From: Candidatus Lindowbacteria bacterium RIFCSPLOWO2_12_FULL_62_27
GTDB taxonomy: Bacteria; Lindowbacteria; 2-12-FULL-62-27
Length of the DNA: 20,000 bases
Direction: 5' to 3'
Assembly: GCA_001784175.1 (NCBI GenBank)
Contig: MFPR01000026.1
Coordinates: forward strand, 170,536 to 190,535
In this document: piece after piece, positions 7,776 through 14,453 of the stretch
Position numbering within the stretch: position 1 is the first letter of the stretch
Layout of the letters: every line of letters begins with the position of its first letter
Translations under genes and position numbers: made by a program
Notes under the pieces: generated by a model
Databases searched by the model: none
The model's input: only the letters and a program-made list of their open reading frames with translations
Told to the model about the DNA's origin: nothing

Positions 7776-8906
7776 TTATTTGGATATCCAACATCGAAAT
7801 GAGAATAAAGCAGTCCTAGGAGTGGCTGTGGCATCAGCGAATATATAATCCAATGAATTGGTCTGAGTCGTAGCGACAGTGAAGGTCTGCCTATCCATCC
7901 CGAAGTCGGATAGCCACTCTCTGTCATCAAGTTTATTCAACAGCGAATAATTATTCATTGACACGTACCACTCTGCGGCGGTTGGCAGTCTTCCCCCATA
8001 CTTAACAAAACACGTATTCGTTGCGTTAAACCATGAATCTGTGCCCTCTTCGTCGGTCTGCATACAACCTAACTGATAGCCAGCAGATTTTATGCTCGTA
8101 AAATTTACCGGACATATAATCTCCAGCAATGCTGTCGGATTTGTGACGCCGATCCCTACATAGGCTGAATCAGATGAAATCACAAAAGTGCCCGTTTGAT
8201 TGGTAGCAGTAACATTGAACAATCCGATAGGATTTGATGTGCCCAATGTCATATTACCACTTGTACTAACGAATGCCGTTGCCGTTACTGTGCCGCTCAC
8301 GTCTAATGCAGTAGCCGGATTAAGCTTCCCAATGCCGACATTGCCGCTCTCTTTCACAGTCAATGCTGTGTCCTGCACGGTAAATGTGTCCCGGACTCTG
8401 ACGTTGCCTGCCACATCCAGTTTCGCCCCCGGATTGGACGTGCCTATACCGACCTTGCCGCTCAATGTCGCTGTCTCCGCCACCGTGAACGCACCGGATG
8501 CTTGTGCGGAGCCAGCCAAAAATGCGGCGGTGTCCGCATAAAGAGCATACGGCGAGGACATCAGTCTCCGGCGTGGTGTCATTTCCGCATCACCGGCGAC
8601 GGTAATGCCAAGCCAATACTGGGTATCAAACGGCAACGACAACGCCGTCACACTTCCAAGCTCCACGTCGAAGACGCCGCTTGTGACGGACACCGATGAC
8701 TGCGCTTCGGTCCACAACGCCGACCCGCCGGACGGGACGTTATACAACTTGAAAGTCATCGCATACGTTCCTGTCAGGCGTGCGCCGACGGAATCAGTAA
8801 GCTGACCCTGAAATGAAATCAGGCGTGGTGCGGATGCGGTTGCAGATATAGCAAGCGACATCGTCAGGAATAAAAAAATTGAACCGATTCTGCTGGTTTT
8901 AGTCAT
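7776..8906 (-). CDS. Secreted fibre/adhesin-like protein with C-terminal C-type-lectin-fold domain
   Basis: GGAGGT RBS; signal peptide; N-domain ISFQGQLTD...LWTEAQ...GVFDVELG...EMTPRRRLMSSPYA; repeated VGIG..NP...L(D/E) fibre motifs; tip SWFNATNTC...GGRLPTAAEW...EW...FRC. Confidence 0.85.
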   Translation of the reverse strand: MTKTSRIGSIFLFLTMSLAISATASAPRLISFQGQLTDSVGARLTGTYAMTFKLYNVPSGGSALWTEAQSSVSVTSGVFDVELGSVTALSLPFDTQYWLGITVAGDAEMTPRRRLMSSPYALYADTAAFLAGSAQASGAFTVAETATLSGKVGIGTSNPGAKLDVAGNVRVRDTFTVQDTALTVKESGNVGIGKLNPATALDVSGTVTATAFVSTSGNMTLGTSNPIGLFNVTATNQTGTFVISSDSAYVGIGVTNPTALLEIICPVNFTSIKSAGYQLGCMQTDEEGTDSWFNATNTCFVKYGGRLPTAAEWYVSMNNYSLLNKLDDREWLSDFGMDRQTFTVATTQTNSLDYIFADATATPRTALFSFRCWISK

Positions 8907-8952
8907 GTCTGATACCTCCGAGTTTTAATTTTTGTTGCGTGGCGTCACGCCC

Positions 8953-9537
8953 CTATCTATTTGAATAAAAATAGATGTCAGCGTTTGTATGCAACCCAAT
9001 GCACTTCCGCAAGGATTCGGCAGGTGCAGAACGGCTCCCTTGCCCTCCGCGAAAGACTCCTCTTATTCCCCACTCCACTTTTTTCCTGCCTTTGATATTT
9101 TTCAGTTCGGGATTGACCAATAAGGATTGTCGGATTAGAAATTTCTCAAGCTTTCTTATATGTGTCTCATTTATTCGTCCTTGCTTTTTCGGGGATGTCA
9201 AAATGAAAAGTACGGGGGTTCCCTTACGTTCGGCAATTATCGGAGCGATAAAACGAACTATATTACGGTCATTCAACGCTTCGTCTTTAAAAGTTCTCAG
9301 AGTCATTCCCACGTAATACGGCGTCAGTCCTTTTGTTCGAATGGCGAAAACATAACAGCCTTTTCTCCCTGCGATATCCTTACGACCTGCCCAAAAAAGT
9401 TCCCTTGTCGTATCGGTCATTCCCCGCGTCTTCTTATCTAAGGGAATCTCAAAGGGTCCATGAACATCGAACATTGTTATGCGGGTGTTTGACATTTTTC
9501 TCAGGTGGGTCTGCGACAAATCCCGGCTTGTTTCCAT
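8953..9537 (-). CDS. GIY-YIG family nuclease
   Basis: GCYVF-x10-YVG, catalytic-type Glu in IRKLEKFLI and Asn in NPELKN. Start either ATG 9537 (GGAGG RBS) or ATG 9495; the 9669 start in the ORF track lies within the structured leader. Confidence 0.75.
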   Translation of the reverse strand: METSRDLSQTHLRKMSNTRITMFDVHGPFEIPLDKKTRGMTDTTRELFWAGRKDIAGRKGCYVFAIRTKGLTPYYVGMTLRTFKDEALNDRNIVRFIAPIIAERKGTPVLFILTSPKKQGRINETHIRKLEKFLIRQSLLVNPELKNIKGRKKVEWGIRGVFRGGQGSRSAPAESLRKCIGLHTNADIYFYSNR

Positions 9538-9551
9538 GCCCTGCCTCCGAC

Positions 9552-9812
9552 AAAAAAGGGACGAGGATGCCGTCCAGTTTTGTGTCACCAGCGAGGTTGC
9601 ACAGACAGGACTCCCTTTCGGGATGTTGGCATCTCCGCCCCACACATAGTCGATGTGGAGACAGAGCATTCCTGTCCGTGCATAAAAACATTATGGTCGC
9701 TGGTGACACCTCTGCGGCACAAAGCCGCAACGCCCACATCTTCGCACACCTCGCCCTGTGCGGCAAGGTCGGATTTTCGTCGGGGGCGGGAGAGGACACT
9801 ATGTGCGGGCGG
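9552..9812 (-). ncRNA. Structured non-coding RNA / leader (unassigned family)
   Basis: Nested stems 9582-9594/9697-9709 (13 bp perfect) and 9598-9610/9670-9682, internal hairpins 9634-9665 and 9612-9623 (GAAA loop on minus). Plus-strand mismatches become G-U pairs on the minus strand. Ends in a short hairpin plus U6. Confidence 0.65.
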
Positions 9813-9884
9813 CGCGGATCGCCGTCGACCCCCGCCACGGCGTGGAAAACGCCATCCACGGAGGCGGCTGGGGCTGGCGAACAG

Positions 9885-10154
9885 TCAGAGAATCAAAAAA
9901 CTGTTGTGCTCTATGTCGAGCCGATGTACATCATGTTTGGATAGTGTGTTCCCCTGCGAGATGTATAGACGGTCACCGCACTGTGGGTTGCCCTTTTCAG
10001 GCGAGCGGGGTTGTTTTGACCCGCTCGATTTTTTTCCCCACTCGCCGCCGTAGTCGACCTTCATCGAGCGCAAGACCGCCACGTCTTTCGGCGTTTCGGG
10101 CGTGAGGATTTTGAATTCCCTCCCATCCTCCGCGATGATTATTGTTTCTCTCAT
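9885..10154 (-). CDS. Hypothetical protein
   Basis: ATG 10154 lies 5 nt after the upstream gene's stop, same strand as the operon. No recognisable motif. Confidence 0.5.
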   Translation of the reverse strand: MRETIIIAEDGREFKILTPETPKDVAVLRSMKVDYGGEWGKKSSGSKQPRSPEKGNPQCGDRLYISQGNTLSKHDVHRLDIEHNSFLIL

Positions 10155-10159
10155 GGCTC

Positions 10160-10375
10160 TCACCACTTCGGCGATTCGCCACGCTCCTCCATTTGCTTCC
10201 CCACCAATTCATACTCGTCCCATTCTTTCGACCAAGTTGCTTTGATCTTCCCAAGTTCGACCAAGTCCGCACAGGACGCAAGCTCAGCCAAACGTCTGAC
10301 AAAGCCGCCCCCATACTTATGCATGGCGGCGATTGTCCATCGGCGGCGTTCGAATTCTTCATCGCGTTCTTTCAT
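10160..10375 (-). CDS. Small phage-type hypothetical protein
   Basis: MHKYGGGFVRRLAELASCADLVELGKIKATWSKEWDEY resembles the YGGxFxxxLAxxxxxAD family of small phage proteins. May start at TTG 10477, overlapping the upstream stop. Confidence 0.65.
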   Translation of the reverse strand: MKERDEEFERRRWTIAAMHKYGGGFVRRLAELASCADLVELGKIKATWSKEWDEYELVGKQMEERGESPKW

Positions 10376-10473
10376 TTTACGTCGCCTCATCCGTGCAACA
10401 ATCCGAAGCCAATTCTTGTTGACAGGGTCGGCGTCGATGTTGATGATTTTCTCGTCGTCGCTCGCATCGTCGC

Positions 10474-10893
10474 TCAATCGGCTTCGTCCGCCTTGAAAAT
10501 GGTTATCACGGGTTCGAGATTGTCCCCACCGTGGCACTGCGCCCGAAGCAGAACCGGGACCGGCGGCTTGTTCGGCGTCATTACGAAGAGCGGTGCGATC
10601 CTCACAATGTCCGTCGATCCCGACGCCGATTTGATTGCGTATCGCAAAATCGTCAGCATGTCCCAGCATCGTCCGACCGTGTCAGTTTCTGGGATATCAT
10701 TTCGTTCGAGGACATCGTGCCACACGGCTGATGTCACGCAGAGCGAAAATTTTATCCCGACCTCACGCGCCAACTCGGATATGTCGAGAAGTGTTCCATC
10801 CCGGATCGCGTCCGCCCGCGTGAAGGCATAGATGAGGTCCGACTCGTTGAATATTGACTCGGAGCGGACTGCTATCGTTTCTGTGTTAATCAA
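10474..10893 (-). CDS. DUF6573-like protein
   Basis: LIYAFTRADAIRDGTLLDISELAREVG...TSAVW...GRCWDML...CHGGDNLEPVITI. TTG 10893 is preceded by GGAGGT. Confidence 0.78.
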   Translation of the reverse strand: MINTETIAVRSESIFNESDLIYAFTRADAIRDGTLLDISELAREVGIKFSLCVTSAVWHDVLERNDIPETDTVGRCWDMLTILRYAIKSASGSTDIVRIAPLFVMTPNKPPVPVLLRAQCHGGDNLEPVITIFKADEAD

Positions 10894-10909
10894 TCTGACC
10901 ACCTCCAGT

Positions 10910-11227
10910 TTATTTCTCGTAGTTCCACGCTTGTGCCCGCCGCATGATGTCCCATACGGCGTGATATACCGCCGCTCGTTTTCCGTCGACGATGCTCGCC
11001 TTGAAGTTCCCATAGTCAATCGCTCTGATTCGTCTGGCGATTCCATCGGCTACCACGTCCTCATCGATGGACGCACGGAATGGATAATCAAATTTTGGAG
11101 TCTGCCTGACTCTGGCGGTTGGAAATATTCGACCGATGTCGCGGGGGAAGCGGCTTCTTACCAGCAAATTCTTTTTATTCGATTCATCTCGCACGATACT
11201 CAAAAAACTGTCCGCAAATATCCACAT
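10910..11227 (-). CDS. Conserved phage/MGE hypothetical protein
   Basis: MWIF..FLSIV..LLVRSR..DYPFRA..IDYGNFK..YHAVW pattern; AGGAG RBS. Confidence 0.78.
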   Translation of the reverse strand: MWIFADSFLSIVRDESNKKNLLVRSRFPRDIGRIFPTARVRQTPKFDYPFRASIDEDVVADGIARRIRAIDYGNFKASIVDGKRAAVYHAVWDIMRRAQAWNYEK

Positions 11228-11240
11228 GGCGTTTCTCCTG

Positions 11241-11471
11241 TCACTTCATTGGTCGCCCCACCTTTAACTCTCCCGTGCGTTTCTGGAATTTGCCACGTCG
11301 TTTCTTTTCCAAGCTGTCCACCGCCTCCGTAAGCGCACACTCTGTAAGTTCGGACAGCGTCAGCCCCGGCGTCCAGAACACGGCGTTCTTCACGCGGTCG
11401 ATGATGTCGGTCGATACGTGGATCGTCAGGCGTTCTTTTTTCGGCTTCTCAGTCTTCGCGTTGGGCTTCAT
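11241..11471 (-). CDS. Ribbon-helix-helix-like DNA-binding protein
   Basis: KERLTIHVS beta strand followed by two helices (DIIDRVKNAV; TLSELTECALTEAV); GGAG RBS. Confidence 0.72.
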   Translation of the reverse strand: MKPNAKTEKPKKERLTIHVSTDIIDRVKNAVFWTPGLTLSELTECALTEAVDSLEKKRRGKFQKRTGELKVGRPMK

Positions 11472-11488
11472 GTCTTCTCCGTTATTTT

Positions 11489-11516
11489 CCTTACGATAAT
11501 GCGTGTTTTGTTAAAG
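11489..11516. other. dif/Xer-like recombination site
   Basis: CCTTACGATAA-TGCGTG-TTTTGTTAAAG has 11-6-11 geometry; the right arm matches the XerD arm TTATGTTAAAT at 9/11. It lies 4 nt past the recombinase stop. Confidence 0.55.
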
Positions 11517-11520
11517 ATAG

Positions 11521-12510
11521 TCATACGCTCGCCGCCACAAGACTGGCTACATCCCCAGCCAAGTCCGTGCGGTTATCGTCGTAGGCATATAGTGTCCGAA
11601 CATCCTTATGCCGCGAAAATCTTTGTACAGCCCTGACATTCCCGTTCGTCAAATCCAGCGCGGTCGTAATAGCTTCGTGCCTGACGCCGTGTGGTCGGAC
11701 TCGCACACCTGCTTTATCTCCCAACTCTCGTATAACCAGATACAGCCCCGTTCCTGTTATACGATTGCCCTTTCCCGTTCCACCATGAATTAAATTGGTG
11801 AACAGTGCCCCCGGCTCTGGACCACGGACATCAAGCCACGCTTGAACAGCCAACTTGGTTTTGTCAGGTAGTGTCAGATTCAATTTTTGTGTCTGTCCTT
11901 TTCCGAGCACGGCAATTGTCCCGGCGTTCGTGTCCACGTCGTCCACGTCCAACGACACGATCTCGCCCCGTCGAAGACCAAGTCCATGCAGGAGTCGCAG
12001 AATCGCACGGTCACGAATGCCTTTCCTGTCATTACGGTTCTCCAACTTCAACAAAAGAGACCTCACACCTTCCCTGCCGGGGCCACGGGTGTCACGATAT
12101 TTTTCTGCTTTCAGGTTCTCGACCTCCAGCCGCCACTGGACGATGCCCAGAGTAGACGCCAGCTTCACCAGAGACCGCAAAGCCGCCAGCCGTCGATTGA
12201 TGGTCGTCGCTTGGAGACCCTTCTGGATCAGGTCGGATTTGTATGCAAGAGCCAGACCGTTCGCCTCGCCGTTCCCACGTGACAATAGAAGCCGTGCGGC
12301 ATCGTCCAGCGTTCCCGAACCGACAAACGACCGGAAGCCTTCAAGGTCTTGGCGGTATGCTCGGATCGTCCGCTCGTTTCTGCCCGACAAGAAGGCGGAG
12401 ACCAGAGCGGCGGCGTCTGTGCGGCGGGTTGCTATAAAGGTGAAGTTGGCTTCCTGTGGGGTGATGGTGGTTGGTTCTGATTTAACGAGCGTTGCGGTAA
12501 CCATGACCAT
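11521..12510 (-). CDS. XerC/D-like tyrosine recombinase (resolvase type, no arm-binding domain)
   Basis: SAM-like N-domain (TIRAYRQDL; TINRRLAALRSL) and a full catalytic set: GLRRGEI, GKG, HGVRH, SRH, AYDD. Confidence 0.93.
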   Translation of the reverse strand: MVMVTATLVKSEPTTITPQEANFTFIATRRTDAAALVSAFLSGRNERTIRAYRQDLEGFRSFVGSGTLDDAARLLLSRGNGEANGLALAYKSDLIQKGLQATTINRRLAALRSLVKLASTLGIVQWRLEVENLKAEKYRDTRGPGREGVRSLLLKLENRNDRKGIRDRAILRLLHGLGLRRGEIVSLDVDDVDTNAGTIAVLGKGQTQKLNLTLPDKTKLAVQAWLDVRGPEPGALFTNLIHGGTGKGNRITGTGLYLVIRELGDKAGVRVRPHGVRHEAITTALDLTNGNVRAVQRFSRHKDVRTLYAYDDNRTDLAGDVASLVAASV

Positions 12511-12514
12511 CTAT

Positions 12515-12545
12515 ATAGTAACAAAAGGGAACGTTTATGTCAAAA
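12515..12545 (-). promoter_or_regulatory. Sigma70 promoter of the recombinase overlapped by a Xer-arm-like inverted repeat
   Basis: TTGACA (12543-12538), 17 nt, TACTAT (12520-12515), then 4 nt to the ATG with no RBS. Arms TAGTAACAAAA (12516-12526) and TTATGTCAAAA (12535-12545). Confidence 0.72.
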
Positions 12546-12784
12546 GGGGGTGCTTTCAGGGCTGTTTGAGAGTCAAGGCGTTAGAATATTTGTTTCCCAT
12601 GCACTCGGTAGACGCCTACAAGCCCTCGAAAATTTGATGCAAAGTTGATGGAGATTTCGGACGAAACGGACGGTAGACAGGTGCGGATAGAAGGTATGCG
12701 GTTGCGGATTGACCTGATTGACAGTCAGGCGGTTAGGTTGGGATGCCTGTGCAAATTAAGGAGTAATGAAAAATGCCGTTCTTC

Positions 12785-12826
12785 GCCCCTCAAGCTGGTG
12801 CGTCTGCCAAATTCCGCCATCCCGGC
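12785..12826 (-). tRNA. tRNA-Leu(GAG) 5' half only (att junction)
   Basis: Minus strand GCCGGGA-TG-GCG-GAATTTGGCAGA-CGC-A-CCAGC-TTGAGGG-GC gives the acceptor 5' strand, Leu-type D arm, anticodon stem and GAG loop. It then continues GAAGAAC instead of TGG. No variable arm, T arm or 3' acceptor strand found in the window. Confidence 0.85.
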
Positions 12827-12895
12827 GCCATGGGCGGCGCGCCAATTCGATACTCCATATATAAGGACATCACGCCCAAAGTCAATGGGTGGGGC

Positions 12896-12939
12896 TTGAC
12901 AACGAGATCCAAATTTGTTGTATTTGCAATTCAATTGCA
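12896..12939 (+). promoter_or_regulatory. Operon promoter with 7-1-7 palindromic operator (Fur/Zur-family geometry)
   Basis: TTGACA at 12896-12901 (the -10 is weak) and perfect TGCAATT-C-AATTGCA at 12925-12939, 31 nt before the porin ATG. Confidence 0.65.
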
Positions 12940-12970
12940 TTTCAAAGCCTATTGCAAAGGAGGACGGGAG

Positions 12971-14440
12971 ATGAACATCCGAACAAATTTTTGGGCCCTC
13001 ATCACGACTGCGGCTGCCATTGCGGCACTCGCCGCGCCTGTCGCGCGGGCCGAGGACGACATGGCGGCGCGCGTCGCAATGCTGGAGAAACGCGTGAAAG
13101 AACTCGAAGCGCAGACGGTGCTGTCGCTGCCGGAGCTGATCGTCCGGGAACGAAAGGTCTACGTCTGCGAGAAGGGGCATAGTTTTACAAAGGAGACGGC
13201 GGACGGACGGTGCCCGCACGACGGGACGAAGCTGACCGCACAGAAGACGTATCAGAAGGAAAAGTACTACCGCCGCAAGACGATCGAGGAGAAGATCGAG
13301 GAGTCGCTGGCAAGCATTCAGCCCGTCACCCTCGGCCTTTCTGTGACCGGGATGGTCTTCCAGACCGCCGGGACCGGGCGCGACCATCCCAACTTGAATC
13401 GGAGCCAGAACAAGAAGGACCTCTACGGCTCGGGATCGTTTGATCTGCAGCTTTCGGCGAGGCCGGCGTATCAGACAACCCTCTTCGCCGATTTGGAGGC
13501 GATGGCCGACACCGGCGCCCGGACTCGTATACCGGCGCTCACATCGCTCAACAGCGACGCGAACCGCCATTCCTCTCAGAGCGCCGACAACAACGTGGAA
13601 AACGAGGAGATCAACCTCCGGGAGGCCTGGATATCGACCGTCCTCGGCCGCTCCCAGGAATGGACGCTTGTCAGCGGCAGCATGGATCTGGCCGGGGTGG
13701 TCGACCAGAACAATATTGCCAACGACGAGACACTGCAATTCGTTTCGGACGCGTTCGTCAACAGCCCGTTTCTCGGCAAGCCGGAAAACGGCGCGGCCTT
13801 CGCGGCGATCTACGACCCGAAGGGGCCCTACGCGCTCAAGCTCGCCGTTCAGCGCATCAATGTGAGCGCCGGCCGGCAGGCGTCCAAAATCGCCGGCAGG
13901 CTTTACAGCGTCGGCGAGCTTGTAGTGCGCACACGGCTCTGGAAAGGCCTGCAGAACGGCAATTACCGGTTCTGGGTACGGTCGGCGGGCGAGGTGGACA
14001 GGCGCGAGAACATCGGCTACGGCGTGAGCTTTGACCAGGCCATCAGCCGGACCATGAATTTTTTCGGCCGGTACGGGAGCCAGCGCACGCTTCAGCCCGG
14101 CACCGCCGCCAACTCGACGCGGGTGGTTTCGCAACGCGACGACCTGCATGCCAGCGCAGGGATTGAAGTACGCGGGCCGGAATGGACCTTCTTCCCGCGG
14201 GACGTGTGGGCGGTCGCCCTCAGCCGGACGGAGATCCGCAGTCTCCAAGGTCAGCAGTTTGAGTTGGTCGGCAACGGCGGCGGCGAGAATGAGAGCTTGG
14301 TGGAGGGGTACTATCGATTTTTCATCACGGAGCATCTGCACATGACGCCGTTCGTTCAGTGGCTGGCCGATTCGACCCGCGCCGAACTCGTTGCGGCGGA
14401 CGACTTGGCCGTGGGTCTTCGGACCCAGGTCGACTTTTAG
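12971..14440 (+). CDS. Outer-membrane porin (OprB-like) with N-terminal coiled coil and Cys/His motif
   Basis: ATG 12971 after GGAGG/GGGAG; signal peptide ending ARA; coiled coil; YVCEKGH...GRCPHDG; amphipathic strands (INLREAW, EGYYRF...MTPFVQW); C-terminal GLRTQVDF barrel signature. Confidence 0.85.
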   Translation: MNIRTNFWALITTAAAIAALAAPVARAEDDMAARVAMLEKRVKELEAQTVLSLPELIVRERKVYVCEKGHSFTKETADGRCPHDGTKLTAQKTYQKEKYYRRKTIEEKIEESLASIQPVTLGLSVTGMVFQTAGTGRDHPNLNRSQNKKDLYGSGSFDLQLSARPAYQTTLFADLEAMADTGARTRIPALTSLNSDANRHSSQSADNNVENEEINLREAWISTVLGRSQEWTLVSGSMDLAGVVDQNNIANDETLQFVSDAFVNSPFLGKPENGAAFAAIYDPKGPYALKLAVQRINVSAGRQASKIAGRLYSVGELVVRTRLWKGLQNGNYRFWVRSAGEVDRRENIGYGVSFDQAISRTMNFFGRYGSQRTLQPGTAANSTRVVSQRDDLHASAGIEVRGPEWTFFPRDVWAVALSRTEIRSLQGQQFELVGNGGGENESLVEGYYRFFITEHLHMTPFVQWLADSTRAELVAADDLAVGLRTQVDF

Positions 14441-14453
14441 GAGGCGAACGATC

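Larger units (their letters stand above)
1..12791 (-). mobile_element. Integrative, satellite-sized element inserted at tRNA-Leu(GAG); left end lies outside the window
   Basis: int-xis-HTH-primase/helicase-initiator module at the left, second tyrosine recombinase at the right, all genes on the minus strand, truncated tRNA at 12785-12826, and overall lower GC than the operon to the right. Confidence 0.8.

Noticed and set aside
7776-7930. Diversity-generating retroelement
   Set aside because: The tip fold fits a DGR target, but I found no template repeat or reverse transcriptase in the window.
9582-9709. Retron msr-msd, TPP/cobalamin riboswitch, 6S or SRP RNA
   Set aside because: No reverse transcriptase nearby, and the conserved sequence motifs of those RNA families are not evident.
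9333-10105. Overlapping ORFs across the structured region
   Set aside because: Low-complexity translations without RBS or motifs; better explained as GC-rich structured non-coding sequence.
11521-12510. Host xerC/xerD or integron integrase
   Set aside because: It lies inside the element, lacks the IntI-specific insertion, and no attC cassette array is visible.
12600-12784. Intron-containing tRNA with a nearby 3' exon
   Set aside because: No variable arm, T arm or matching acceptor 3' strand found downstream, and no group I/II intron hallmarks.
12773-12970. N-terminal extension of the porin ORF in the track
   Set aside because: It overlaps the tRNA half and promoter; the RBS and signal peptide fit ATG 12971.
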